From: an uncultured delta proteobacterium
Lineage (GTDB): Bacteria; Myxococcota; Myxococcia; Myxococcales; Myxococcaceae
NCBI GenBank assembly: GCA_963776345.1
Contig: CAVZMH010000019.1
Span: 1 to 64,000 of the forward strand
Length of the DNA: 64,000 nucleotides
Reading direction: 5' to 3'
Every line of letters starts with the position of its first letter. The first letter of the stretch is position 1. Under the pieces are notes generated by a model, which was not told the origin of the DNA, did no database searches, and was given only the letters and a program-made list of their open reading frames with translations. Shown one piece after another: positions 50,568 to 62,205 of the stretch. Both the position numbers and the translations under genes were made by a program.

Positions 50568-51485
50568 ATGAAGGTGCTCCACTCGCTGGAGGACGCGCGT
50601 GCCCTGGCCGGCGTGGCCCTGGCGCTGGGCAACTTCGACGGGGTGCACCTCGGGCACCGGGCGCTCTTCAAGGAGGCGGCCCGGCACGGCCGGCCGGGCG
50701 CGTTGACCTTCGACCCCCACCCCGGGAAGGTGCTGCAGCCGGACCTCGCCCCGAGGCTCATCACCCCGCTGCCGAGGAAGCTCCAGCTGCTCGAGGCCTC
50801 GGGGCTGGACGTGGTGGTGGTGCTCCCCTTCAGCCTGGGCTTCGCCCGCACCCCGGCCCGCGACTTCGAGGCGATGCTCTTCGACCGGGCGAGGCTCAAG
50901 GCGGTGGTGGTCGGGCGGGACTACACCTACGGAGCGCAGCGCACGGGCACGGTGGCCACCCTGCGCGAGGCGGCCACGGCGCGGGAGGTCGCGGTGGCGG
51001 TGGTGGAGCCGGTGACCGTCGGGGGCGTGGTGGCGTCGTCCTCGCGCATCCGCGAGTACATCCTCGAGGGCCGGGTGGGGGCGGCACAGGCCCTGCTCGG
51101 CCGGGCGTTCGACCTGGACGGGGTGGTGGTGAAGGGCGACGGCCGCGGGCGGAGCATCGGCTGGCCCACCGCCAACGTGGACACCCACGGAGAGCTGCTC
51201 CCGGCCTCCGGGGTGTATGCGGTCCGGGTCCGTGCCTCCGACGGCTGGCACGGCGGCGCGGCCAACATCGGAACCAAGCCCACCTTCGGGGGCTCGGCGG
51301 TGACGGTCGAGGTGCACCTGCTCGACTGGTCGGGCGACCTGTACGGGCAGGAGGTGCGGGTCGAGTTCCTGGAGCGGCTGCGCGCCGAGCGCCGCTTCGG
51401 TTCGGTGTCGGAGCTCACGGCGCAGATCCATCGCGACGTCGAGGCGGCCCGGGTGGTGCTTGCACGCACCCCGGCGCTTCCTTGA
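50568..51485 (+). CDS. ribF: Riboflavin kinase/FAD synthetase
   Basis: GNFDGVHLGH, TFDPHP, SSSRIR, GRSIGWPTAN, EVHLLD, LYG. Confidence 0.96.
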   Translation: MKVLHSLEDARALAGVALALGNFDGVHLGHRALFKEAARHGRPGALTFDPHPGKVLQPDLAPRLITPLPRKLQLLEASGLDVVVVLPFSLGFARTPARDFEAMLFDRARLKAVVVGRDYTYGAQRTGTVATLREAATAREVAVAVVEPVTVGGVVASSSRIREYILEGRVGAAQALLGRAFDLDGVVVKGDGRGRSIGWPTANVDTHGELLPASGVYAVRVRASDGWHGGAANIGTKPTFGGSAVTVEVHLLDWSGDLYGQEVRVEFLERLRAERRFGSVSELTAQIHRDVEAARVVLARTPALP

Positions 51486-51510
51486 CACCCTTTTTTCCGG
51501 CCCCTTAGAT
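51482..51510 (+). promoter_or_regulatory. Possible sigma70 promoter for pilB
   Basis: TTGACA-N17-TTAGAT upstream of pilB. Confidence 0.35.
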
Positions 51511-51580
51511 CGAAACCCCCGGGCAGGAGCACCTCCCGGGCGTCCCACGCCATCCTTCCTTCAGGGGTCAAAGCGAACGC

Positions 51581-53275
51581 ATGTCCTCCGGCCGCCTCGG
51601 TGAATTGCTCGTCCGGGAGAACCTGATCTCGGTCCAGCAGCTCCGCAAAGCGCAGGAGGAGCAGCAGCGGAACGGCACCCGCATCGGCTCGGCACTGATC
51701 AAGGTCGGCGCCATCGAGGAGCACAAGCTCACCGACTTCCTGAGCAAGCAGTACGGCGTCCCGGCGATCAACCTGAAGGACTTCGAGATCGACCCGGAGA
51801 TCGTCAAGCTGGTCAAGAAGGAGGTCGCCCAGAAGCACCTGGTCATCCCGGTGAACCGGGCCGGCCAGTCGCTCATCGTGGCGATGAGCGACCCCTCCAA
51901 CATCTACGCGGTCGACGACCTCAAGTTCACCACCGGGTACAACATCGAGCCGGTGGTGGCGTCCGAGCCGAGCATCCGCGAGGCCATCGACCGCTACTAC
52001 GCGGAGAAGGGCCCCACGCTGGACGAGATCCTCGGCGCGGCCGACGACCAGGTGGACGTCGCCGAGCAGGAGGAGGACGAGTTCGACGTCAAGGCGGCCG
52101 AGGACGCTCCGGTCGTCAAGCTGGTGAACCTCGTCCTGGTGGACGCCATCCGGAAGGGCGCCTCGGACATCCACGTCGAGCCCTACGAGAAGGACTTCCG
52201 GGTTCGCTTCCGCATCGACGGCGTGTTGTACGACGTGATGAAGCCGCCGATGAAGCTGAAGAACGCGATCATCAGCCGCCTGAAGATCATGGCCCAGCTG
52301 GACATCAGCGAGCGGCGGCTCCCCCAGGACGGGCGGATCAAGATCAAGACCACCGGCAAGGAGATGGACTTCCGGGTGAGCGTCTGCCCCACGCTCTTCG
52401 GCGAGAAGGTGGTGCTCCGGCTGCTCGACAAGTCCAACCTCCAGCTGGACATGACCAAGCTGGGGTTCGACGCCGAGCCCCTGAAGTGGTTCAAGGAGGC
52501 CATCGACCGGCCCTACGGCATGGTGCTGGTGACCGGGCCCACCGGCTCGGGGAAGACCACCACGCTGTACTCGGCGCTGACCTCACTCAACACCGCCGAC
52601 GTGAACATCAGCACCGCGGAGGATCCGGTGGAGTTCAACTTCGCCGGCATCAACCAGGTGCAGATGCACGATGACATCGGCCTGAACTTCGCCGCCGCCC
52701 TCCGGAGCTTCCTCCGGCAGGACCCGGACATCATCATGATCGGCGAGATCCGCGACTTCGAGACCGCGGAGATCGGGGTGAAGGCCGCCCTCACCGGTCA
52801 CCTGGTCCTCAGCACGCTGCACACCAACGACGCCCCGGGCACCGTGAGCCGGCTCCTGAACATGGGCATCGAGCCGTTCCTGGTGACCGCGTCCCTGAAC
52901 CTCATCCTCGCCCAGCGTCTCGCCCGGAGGCTGTGCCCCGCCTGCAAGCGCCCGGCGAAGAACATCGAGGAGCAGGCGCTGCTCGACGCCGGTGTGCCGA
53001 CGGACAAGATCGGCACCTTCACCGTCTACGAGAAGGCCGGGTGCCGCGAGTGCAACGACCGCGGCTACCGGGGCCGCGTCGCCATCTACGAGGTCATGCC
53101 GTTCTGGGACGGCCTCAAGGAGCTGGTGATCAACGGCGCCTCGGCCGCGGAGCTGAAGCAGGAGTCCATCCGGCTGGGGATGCAGACCCTGCGGATGGCC
53201 GCTCTCGGCAAGATGATGGCCGGGATGACCACCCTCGAAGAGGTGGTGGGCAACACCGCGCCGGACCGCTTCTAG
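51581..53275 (+). CDS. pilB: Type IVa pilus assembly ATPase
   Basis: RLGELLV MshEN domain, GPTGSGKTTT, LRQDPD, LSTLHTND, tetracysteine motif. Confidence 0.97.
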   Translation: MSSGRLGELLVRENLISVQQLRKAQEEQQRNGTRIGSALIKVGAIEEHKLTDFLSKQYGVPAINLKDFEIDPEIVKLVKKEVAQKHLVIPVNRAGQSLIVAMSDPSNIYAVDDLKFTTGYNIEPVVASEPSIREAIDRYYAEKGPTLDEILGAADDQVDVAEQEEDEFDVKAAEDAPVVKLVNLVLVDAIRKGASDIHVEPYEKDFRVRFRIDGVLYDVMKPPMKLKNAIISRLKIMAQLDISERRLPQDGRIKIKTTGKEMDFRVSVCPTLFGEKVVLRLLDKSNLQLDMTKLGFDAEPLKWFKEAIDRPYGMVLVTGPTGSGKTTTLYSALTSLNTADVNISTAEDPVEFNFAGINQVQMHDDIGLNFAAALRSFLRQDPDIIMIGEIRDFETAEIGVKAALTGHLVLSTLHTNDAPGTVSRLLNMGIEPFLVTASLNLILAQRLARRLCPACKRPAKNIEEQALLDAGVPTDKIGTFTVYEKAGCRECNDRGYRGRVAIYEVMPFWDGLKELVINGASAAELKQESIRLGMQTLRMAALGKMMAGMTTLEEVVGNTAPDRF

Positions 53276-53287
53276 AAAGACAGGGCC

Positions 53288-54418
53288 GTGGCCAACCTCC
53301 ATCAGCTGTTGAAGGCGATGGTCGAGAAGACCGCTTCCGACCTTCACATCACCACCGGCAGCCCTCCGCAGCTGCGCATCGACGGCGAGCTGGTGCCGCT
53401 GAAGGCCGCCCCCCTCTCGCCGGTGGAGACCAAGCAGATCTGCTACTCGGTGCTCACCGACGCGCAGAAGGCCAAGTTCGAGGAGGACCACGAGCTCGAC
53501 CTGTCGTTCGGGGTCAAGGCGCTGAGCCGCTTCCGGGCCAACCTCTACATGCAGCGCGGCGCGGTGGCCGGGGCCTTCCGGACCATCCCCTTCAAGATCC
53601 TCTCCTTCCAGGAGCTGGGCCTGCCCCCGGTGGTCACCGAGCTGTCGAAGAAGCCGCGCGGCCTGGTGCTGGTGACCGGGCCCACCGGCTCGGGGAAGAG
53701 CACCACGCTCGCCAGCATCATCGACAAGATCAACACCGATCGTCACGAGCACATCATGACGATCGAGGACCCCATCGAGTACCTGCACCCGCACAAGAAC
53801 TGCCTGATCAACCAGCGCGAGGTGGGGGCAGATACAAGAAGCTTCAAGACCGCGCTGAAGTACATCCTCCGGCAGGACCCGGACGTGGTGCTGGTGGGCG
53901 AGATGCGCGACCTCGAGACCATCGAGGCGGCGCTGGTCATCGCCGAGACCGGCCACATCTGCTTCGGGACGCTGCACACCAACAGCTGCGTGCAGACCAT
54001 CAACCGGGTGCTGGACGTGTTCCCGCCCTTCCAGCAGCCGCAGATCCGCGCCCAGCTCTCCTTCGTCGTCGAGGGCGTGATGAGCCAGGCCCTTCTCCAG
54101 AAGGCGGGCGGGGGCCGCTGCCTGGCGCTGGAGATCATGGTCCCCAACCCCGCGATCCGGAACCTCATCCGCGAGGACAAGGTCCACCAGATCTACTCGG
54201 CGATGCAGGTGGGTCAGGCGAAGTTCGGGATGCAGACCTTCAACCAGAGCCTGGCGAGCCTGCTCTCGCGGCGGTTGATCTCCCAGGAGGAGGCATTCGG
54301 AAGGTCCTCCGATCCCGAGGAGCTGAAGAACATCATCGCCAGTGGCGCCGCGGGGGGTGTGCTGCCCGGGCACACCGCCCCACCCGTCGGTGGCCGACCC
54401 ATGCCCCCGCGCTCCTGA
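53288..54418 (+). CDS. pilT: Type IV pilus retraction ATPase
   Basis: ASDLH, GPTGSGKSTT, AETGH, AIRNLIRE. Confidence 0.97.
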   Translation: MANLHQLLKAMVEKTASDLHITTGSPPQLRIDGELVPLKAAPLSPVETKQICYSVLTDAQKAKFEEDHELDLSFGVKALSRFRANLYMQRGAVAGAFRTIPFKILSFQELGLPPVVTELSKKPRGLVLVTGPTGSGKSTTLASIIDKINTDRHEHIMTIEDPIEYLHPHKNCLINQREVGADTRSFKTALKYILRQDPDVVLVGEMRDLETIEAALVIAETGHICFGTLHTNSCVQTINRVLDVFPPFQQPQIRAQLSFVVEGVMSQALLQKAGGGRCLALEIMVPNPAIRNLIREDKVHQIYSAMQVGQAKFGMQTFNQSLASLLSRRLISQEEAFGRSSDPEELKNIIASGAAGGVLPGHTAPPVGGRPMPPRS

Positions 54419-54435
54419 GCTAGGATCTCACCCTC

Positions 54436-55683
54436 ATGGCCGTCTCCGCGACCGCACTGAAGAACAAGGCCACCCCCAAGCCGAGGCAGTGGGTCTGGGA
54501 GGCGAAGACTCGCGCGGGTGAGGTGAAGAAGGGCGAGATGGAGGCGCTCGACGCCTCCGCGGTCGACACGCGGCTGAAGTCGCTCGGCCTCTCGCCGGTC
54601 AAGGTGAAGAAGAAGGCGATGGCGATCACCCTCCCGAAGATCGGGAGCGGGGTCTCGGGCAAGGACATCCTGGTCTTCACCAAGCAGTTCGCGACGATGA
54701 TCGACGCGGGCCTGCCCCTGGTGCAGTGCCTGGACATCCTCGCGAACCAGATGGACAACGCGGCCTTCAAGAAGGTCCTGCTGGCCATCAAGAGCAAGGT
54801 GGAGTCGGGGTCGACGTTCGCCGACGCGCTGAAGGATCACCCCAAGGTCTTCGACGAGCTGTTCATCCAGCTCTGCGCCGCGGGCGAGGTGGGCGGCATC
54901 CTCGACACCATCCTCAACCGGCTGGCGAACTACCGGGAGAAGGCGGAGAAGCTGAAGCGGAAGGTGAAGGGCGCGATGATCTACCCGATCATCGTGATCA
55001 CCGTGGCCATCGGCGTGACCGCGCTGCTGCTCCTCAAGGTGACGCCGGTCTTCGCCAAGATGTTCACCGACTTCGGGTCGGCCATGCCCGCGCCCACCCA
55101 GTTCGTCATCGACATGTCGAACTGGCTGCAGCACTACTTCCTCTACCTGGTCGGCGCCACCATCGCGCTGGCGGTCGCCTTCGTCGCCTTCTACCGGAAC
55201 CCGAAGGGCCGGAAGATCTTCGACAAGCTGGTCCTCCAGGCTCCGATCATCGGCCCGGTGATCCGCAAGGTCGCGGTCGCCCGCTTCACCCGGACGCTGG
55301 GGACGATGATCAGCTCCGGCGTCCCCATCCTGGACGCGCTGGACGTCACGGCGAAGACCGCCGGCAATCGCACCATCGAGGACGGCATCTATTACGTCCG
55401 GGGGAAGATCTCCGAGGGCAAGAACATCGCCGGCCCGCTGCTGGAGACCAAGGTCTTCCCGCCCATGGTGGTCCAGATGATCGGCGTCGGCGAGGCCACC
55501 GGCGCCATGGACGCGATGCTGAACAAGATCGCCGATTTCTACGACGACGAGGTCGACACCGCCGTCGCGGGCCTCACGGCGATGATCGAGCCGCTGCTGA
55601 TGGTCTTCCTCGGCGGAGTGGTGGGCGGCTTCCTGATCGCCATGTACCTGCCGATCTTCTCGATCGCCGGTGCCATCAAGTAG
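54436..55683 (+). CDS. pilC: Type IV pilus platform protein
   Basis: FTKQFATMIDAGLPL, AGEVGG, GEATG, EPLLMVFLG..MYLPIF. Confidence 0.97.
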   Translation: MAVSATALKNKATPKPRQWVWEAKTRAGEVKKGEMEALDASAVDTRLKSLGLSPVKVKKKAMAITLPKIGSGVSGKDILVFTKQFATMIDAGLPLVQCLDILANQMDNAAFKKVLLAIKSKVESGSTFADALKDHPKVFDELFIQLCAAGEVGGILDTILNRLANYREKAEKLKRKVKGAMIYPIIVITVAIGVTALLLLKVTPVFAKMFTDFGSAMPAPTQFVIDMSNWLQHYFLYLVGATIALAVAFVAFYRNPKGRKIFDKLVLQAPIIGPVIRKVAVARFTRTLGTMISSGVPILDALDVTAKTAGNRTIEDGIYYVRGKISEGKNIAGPLLETKVFPPMVVQMIGVGEATGAMDAMLNKIADFYDDEVDTAVAGLTAMIEPLLMVFLGGVVGGFLIAMYLPIFSIAGAIK

Positions 55684-57291
55684 CGCAGCCGAGGCGCCCG
55701 CCGCCGGCAGCTCGCTGCGGCCCAGGCTGGTCTGGGTCACCGCGTTCCGCACCGCCGCGGCGACGCTGCTCCTCGCGGTCTACGGCGTCCGGCTCCTCTC
55801 GCGGCCCAGCACCGAGGCGCTGGCAGGCGAGGACCTCCTCTCGCTGTGGATGGTGGGGAGCATCTACCTCCTGGTGCTGGTCCAGGCGCTGTTCCTGCGC
55901 AACAGCAAGCCCGGGCTCCGCAGCGCGCTGGTGCACGTGGCCGGGGACGTGGCCACCGCCACGGTGCTGGTCTTCCTCACCGGCGGAGCGGAGAGCCCCT
56001 TCACCTTCACCTACCTCCTCACGGTGGTGGGCGCCTCCATCCTGCTCGGCCAGTGGGGCGCGCTGGCGGCGGCGGCCGCGTGCTCGGCATCGTTCCTGGT
56101 GCTCGCCGCGGCGATCTCCACCGGGACCCTTCACCCGCCGGTCCCGGTCACCACGCTCCCGGTGGGGCGGCTGGCCTTCCTCTGCGCGAGCAACGTGCTC
56201 GCCCAGTTCCTGACCGCGGTGCTCACCGGCTTCCTCGCCCGGCAGCTGACCACCGCCGGCGGCCGGCTCTCGGCGCGGGAGCGGGACCTGCGCGAGCTGA
56301 CCCGCCTGCAGCAGCAGATCCTCTCCGCGATGCCCTCGGGTCTGCTCACCTGCGACGTGGACGGGCGCATCACCTACGTGAACCGGGCGGCCCAGCAGAT
56401 CCTCGGGCTCGACCCGGGCGGCGCCGCGGGCAACGTGGAGGACCTCATCCCCGGAGTCCGGACGCTCTTCACCGGCCGGCCGCGCTCGGAGGTGACGGTG
56501 ACCACGCCGGCGGGCCGCCGCATCCTCGGGCTCACGGTCTCGGCCCTGGGCGCGTCGCCGGCGCCGCTCCTGGTCGTCTTCCAGGACCTGACGGACCTGC
56601 GCCGCGTCGAGCAGGAGCTCCGCCGGTCCGACCGGCTGGCCGAGCTGGGCGCGCTCTCGGCCCAGCTGGCGCACGAGATCCGGAACCCGCTGGCCGCGAT
56701 GCGCGGCTCGGCCCAGCTGCTCTCGCCGGGGGCGGACCCGGACACTCAGCGGCTGGTGGGCATCCTCACCCGCGAGGCGGACCGGCTCGGCGAGCTGGTG
56801 ACTGACTTCCTGGTCTTCGCCCGTCCGCCGGCCCCGGTGCTGCGGCCGTGCGACCTCGACGAGCTGGTCCGCCAGACCATCGAGCTGGTGTCCTCCGACC
56901 CGCTCGCCTCGGGCGTGACCATCGACGTCACGCCGGGCGGGCTCCAGGCGGAGGTGGACCCGGACCAGGTCCGGCAGGTGCTGCTCAACCTGCTCCGCAA
57001 CGCCCTGGCCGCGGCCGGCAGGGACGGGCGGGTCCGGACCTTCTTCAGCCGGGTGGACGGGCAGGTGCAGATCCACGTCTGGGACTCGGGGGGGAGCATC
57101 GCCACCGCCGATCTGCCGCGCATCTTCGAGCCGTTCTTCACCAAGCGCGCCGGGGGCACCGGGCTCGGGCTCTCCACGGTGCACTCCATCGTCCGCGCGC
57201 ACGGGGGGCAGATCCAGGTCAGCTCCTCCCCTGGCGAAGGCACCGAGTTCGTGGTGGGGTTCGCCGCTCCAGCGGGCGAGGTCCGGCAAGC

Positions 57292-57295
<4 letters not shown>
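55670..57295 (+). CDS. pilS: Sensor histidine kinase
   Basis: TM domain with TGGAESPF, PAS, AHEIRNPL, NLLRNA, FEPFFT, GTGLGL. Confidence 0.92.
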
Positions 57296-58683
<1,388 letters not shown>

Positions 58684-58703
58684 CGCTGCTGGGCCAGACC
58701 GGC

Positions 58704-58718
58704 TGACGAATTTCGTCA
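58704..58718. promoter_or_regulatory. Palindromic putative PilR enhancer site
   Basis: TGACGAA-T-TTCGTCA about 65 bp upstream of the -24 box. Confidence 0.55.
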
Positions 58719-58781
58719 CGCCGGGTCATGGTCGGGGCGGTGCCGGACGAGGATCCGGGGACTTGCAGCGCGGGAGGGGCC

Positions 58782-58797
58782 TGGAACGCTCCGTGCA
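58782..58797 (+). promoter_or_regulatory. Sigma54 promoter of pilA
   Basis: TGGAACG-CTCC-GTGCA has exact GG-N10-GC spacing. Confidence 0.75.
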
Positions 58798-58867
58798 CAT
58801 GCCCCCCGCCGAGCTGCTCCTCCCCCCGGGGCGGCCGCTCATCACCCGAATCAGGAGTCACTCCCAC

Positions 58868-59539
58868 ATGAAGAAGCTGCACAAGGGCTTCACGCTCATC
58901 GAGCTGATGATCGTGGTCGCCATCATCGGAATCCTCGCCGCCCTCGCCATCCCCAACTTCATCCGCTTCCAGGCTCGCTCGAAGCAGAGCGAAGTGAAGG
59001 CGAACCTCAAGTCCCTCTTCACCGCCGAGCGCTCCTACTACCAGGAGCACGACACCTACTCCGAGTGCATCCGGAAGATCGGGTTCAACCCGGAGCGCGG
59101 CAATCGCTACCACTACGTCGTCAACAACACTCTGAACAACGAAAACTGCAACACTAACGAGTTCCGGGACAACGCCGCCGGCATCACCGCCAGCACCGAT
59201 GGCGCCGTCCGGGCCGATACCTTCAAGTTTGGCACCGGCGCGGGCATCACCGCGGCGAACGGCGCAGTTGCAGTGCTGTATGCCCCCATCGCCCCCTTTG
59301 GCACCGCGATCGTTGCTGTCGGCAACCTGGTGGGCGTGAGCCCGGCCACTCCTGATGCGAACGGCTCGTTCGGTGGCGCGGCTCAGGGAGACATCGACAG
59401 CGACCTCCAAGTCGACCTCTGGTACATCTCCAGCCTGTCGAGCACCACCGCTGGCATCTGCCCGCTGCTGGCTGGCATCGACCAGAACGCTCCTGGTGGC
59501 GAGCCGAAGAACACCTACAACGACGTGAACTGCCCGTAG
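58868..59539 (+). CDS. pilA: Type IVa major pilin
   Basis: [31 protein letters not shown]...[14 protein letters not shown]...[10 protein letters not shown]. Confidence 0.95.
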   Translation: MKKLHKGFTLIELMIVVAIIGILAALAIPNFIRFQARSKQSEVKANLKSLFTAERSYYQEHDTYSECIRKIGFNPERGNRYHYVVNNTLNNENCNTNEFRDNAAGITASTDGAVRADTFKFGTGAGITAANGAVAVLYAPIAPFGTAIVAVGNLVGVSPATPDANGSFGGAAQGDIDSDLQVDLWYISSLSSTTAGICPLLAGIDQNAPGGEPKNTYNDVNCP

Positions 59540-59562
59540 TCGCGGGGAGCGTCGGCAGCACA

Positions 59563-59601
59563 GAGGGCCCCGTCGCGGGAATTCGCCGCGATGGGGCCTT
59601 C
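59563..59601 (+). terminator. GC-rich hairpin between the two pilin genes
   Basis: GAGGGCCCCGTCGCGG-gaattcg-CCGCGATGGGGCCTTC followed by TTC. Confidence 0.65.
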
Positions 59602-59645
59602 TTCAATCGCTGGAGAGGACTCCTTCGGGCACCTTCACTCGCCTC

Positions 59646-60323
59646 ATGAATCCACGCCACAGAGGCTTCACGCTCATCGAGTTGATGATCGTCGTGGCGG
59701 TGATCGCTCTTCTTGCCGCGCTGGCGATTCCCAACTTCATCCGCTTCCAGGCGCGGTCGAAGCAGGCCGAGGTCAAGGCGAATCTCAAGGCGGTCTTCAC
59801 TGCCGAGCGGTCCTACTTCCAGGAGCACTCCTGCTACACCAGCTGCACGAAGAAGGTGGGGTTCGCTCCGGAGCGGGGTAACCGGTATCGGTATTCTCTC
59901 AACGTGATCACCCGAGGCGACGAGACCTGCAACACGACCGAGAACAGGTCGACGGCTGCAGGCATCAGCCTGGGGACCGATGGCGACATCCTGGCCGACA
60001 CCTTCAAGCATGGGACCGGACCAGGGATCACCGCCGCCAACGGCCCCAAGCCCGCCCCCCTGTACGTCGCGACTCAGCCGTCGGGAACCTCCATCGTCGT
60101 GCAGAGCGACCTGGTAGGAGTCGTACCCGCCTTCGCTGACTCTGCCGGCTCCTTCGGGGTGGCCGCGCAAGGCGACATCGACACCGACCTCAACCTGGAC
60201 CTCTGGTACGTTTCCAGCGTCTCCTCGACCACCACCGGCGTGTGCCCCGTCCTCGTGGGCATCGGCCAGCAGGTTCCTGGTGGAGAGCCAAAGAACACCT
60301 ACAATGATGTCGACTGCCCGTGA
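59646..60323 (+). CDS. Second full-length PilA paralog
   Basis: [18 protein letters not shown], collinear with pilA to the C-terminal [14 protein letters not shown]. Confidence 0.92.
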   Translation: MNPRHRGFTLIELMIVVAVIALLAALAIPNFIRFQARSKQAEVKANLKAVFTAERSYFQEHSCYTSCTKKVGFAPERGNRYRYSLNVITRGDETCNTTENRSTAAGISLGTDGDILADTFKHGTGPGITAANGPKPAPLYVATQPSGTSIVVQSDLVGVVPAFADSAGSFGVAAQGDIDTDLNLDLWYVSSVSSTTTGVCPVLVGIGQQVPGGEPKNTYNDVDCP

Positions 60324-60375
60324 GCTGAGGACCGGTCCAGGAGCGCCTGGCCTGGTCGCCCTTTCGACGAGACAC

Positions 60376-61269
60376 ATGCGACGGAACGTGGCGATGGCGG
60401 CGAGCATCATTGGGATCGGACTCCTGCTCGGGATCAGCTACGCGAGCGGCCGCTATGCCGACCTACGACCCGTCCGCAGCGATCTGGTCATCGCCCGGGA
60501 ACTGATCTACCTGCCCAGCCCGACGACCGCGCGAGTGATGTCCCTCGGGTTCGGGCAACTGCTCGCGGACTGGTACTGGGTGCGTGCGCAGCAGTACTTC
60601 ACCGAGCCGGCGCAGGAGCTGAACCAGTACCGCTCCCTCGGAGATTTTCTCGACGTCGTCGTCGGTCTCGATCCGGACTTCGAGTACGTCTACAAGTTTG
60701 CGGGGATCTCGATTCCGTACGACACCGGCCGTCTGCGATACGCCAACACCGAACGAGCGATCGGCTTTCTCCAGCGAGGTGTGGCGCGCTTCCCCCAGAA
60801 CTGGGAGATGCGTCTGTATCTCGGGTTCTACCTGCTCAACTTCCGAGGCGACTCGGCAGGTGCCGCCGAGCAGTTCGCCCTCGCTGCACCCATCCCCGGT
60901 GCGCCACAGTACCTGAAGCGGTTCGCCGCCCGGCTGTTCTCGGTCAGCGGCGAGGTCGAGCGGGCGAAGGCGTTCACCGAGCAGATGCTTTCCATCACCG
61001 ACGACCCGGACGAGCGGGCGCGGCTCGAGAATCGGCTCAGGGAGATCGAGATCGAAGGGCGATTCCGCGAGGTGGAAGCGGCCGCGGAGCGCTTCAGGAC
61101 CGAGCACGGGCGCTGGCCGGTCGGGCTCGAGGAGCTTGCCGCGGTCTACCTCCTTCCTCCCTTGCCAGCCCAGGCCCGTCTGGAGAACGGGACCGTCACC
61201 GCTCCCTCGGTCAAGCGGCTGGTGGTCTACGAGCACCCGAAGGAAGCACCGATGCGAGCAACCCAATGA
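60376..61269 (+). CDS. pilG: PilG (myxobacterial pilin ABC accessory, TPR-like)
   Basis: LLADWYWVRAQQY, LDPDFEYVY, RGVARFPQNW; position between pilA and the ABC ATPase. Confidence 0.8.
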   Translation: MRRNVAMAASIIGIGLLLGISYASGRYADLRPVRSDLVIARELIYLPSPTTARVMSLGFGQLLADWYWVRAQQYFTEPAQELNQYRSLGDFLDVVVGLDPDFEYVYKFAGISIPYDTGRLRYANTERAIGFLQRGVARFPQNWEMRLYLGFYLLNFRGDSAGAAEQFALAAPIPGAPQYLKRFAARLFSVSGEVERAKAFTEQMLSITDDPDERARLENRLREIEIEGRFREVEAAAERFRTEHGRWPVGLEELAAVYLLPPLPAQARLENGTVTAPSVKRLVVYEHPKEAPMRATQ

Positions 61270-62198
61270 GCAATGCCATCGATCTTCAAAATCTCGAGAA
61301 GAACTTCACCCTGAGCCTACGCCTCGGACGGCGGCGGGCCCTGGACGGGCTGTCGCTTTCGGTGCGGCCCGGTGAGATCTACGGCTTCCTCGGACCGAAT
61401 GGCGCGGGGAAGACGACCTCGATCAAGATCCTCGTCTCGCTCCTGCGGCAGGACAGTGGCCTGGCGACCGTGTTCGGCGAGGATCCGATGCGCAAGGAGG
61501 CCCGGAGGTTGATCGGGTACTTGCCCGAATCGCCGGTCTTCTACGATCAGCTGACCGGTCGGGAGTTTCTGACCTTCTGCGGAAAGCTGTGCGGGCTTCG
61601 CGGGCGCGCCCTCACAGAACGTTCCGATCGGCTGCTGGAGCAGGTGGGGCTCGCCCACGCCGGGGACCTCCACATTCGCCGCTACTCCAAGGGGATGAAC
61701 CAGCGGGTGGGGATCGCGCAGGCGCTCCTCCACGATCCTCAGCTGGTCATCCTCGACGAGCCGATGAGCGGCCTGGATCCCATCGGGCGCGCCGAGGTGC
61801 GGGACCTGATCCTCGAGCTGAAGAAGCGAGGGAAGACGGTCTTCTTCTCCACGCACATCATCCCCGACGTGGAGATGATCTGCGATCGGATCGGCCTCAT
61901 CAACCACGGGCGGATGGTCGCCGAGGGGAGCGTGAGCCAGCTGCTCGACTCCAGCGAGGCGCGTCCGATCGAGGTGATCGTCGAGAACGTCACCGAGGCA
62001 CTCGACAGCGCGCTGGCCTCCGAGGTCTCCAGCACCGGTGGCCAGCGGCTCTACCTGGTCAATTCAAACGAGGCGCTCGCTCGCTTCGTCTCCGACGTGC
62101 TCCAGCGTCGCGGCCGGCTGGTGTCGGTGACCCCCCGCCGCGAGGGGCTGGAGAACCTGGTGGTTCGTCTCCTGGAGCAGGATCGCGCCGCAGCCTGA
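61266..62198 (+). CDS. pilH: ABC transporter ATPase
   Basis: GPNGAGKTT, YSKGM, ILDEPMSGLDP, STH. Confidence 0.9.
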   Translation: MSNAIDLQNLEKNFTLSLRLGRRRALDGLSLSVRPGEIYGFLGPNGAGKTTSIKILVSLLRQDSGLATVFGEDPMRKEARRLIGYLPESPVFYDQLTGREFLTFCGKLCGLRGRALTERSDRLLEQVGLAHAGDLHIRRYSKGMNQRVGIAQALLHDPQLVILDEPMSGLDPIGRAEVRDLILELKKRGKTVFFSTHIIPDVEMICDRIGLINHGRMVAEGSVSQLLDSSEARPIEVIVENVTEALDSALASEVSSTGGQRLYLVNSNEALARFVSDVLQRRGRLVSVTPRREGLENLVVRLLEQDRAAA

Positions 62199-62205
62199 GC
62201 TCGCC

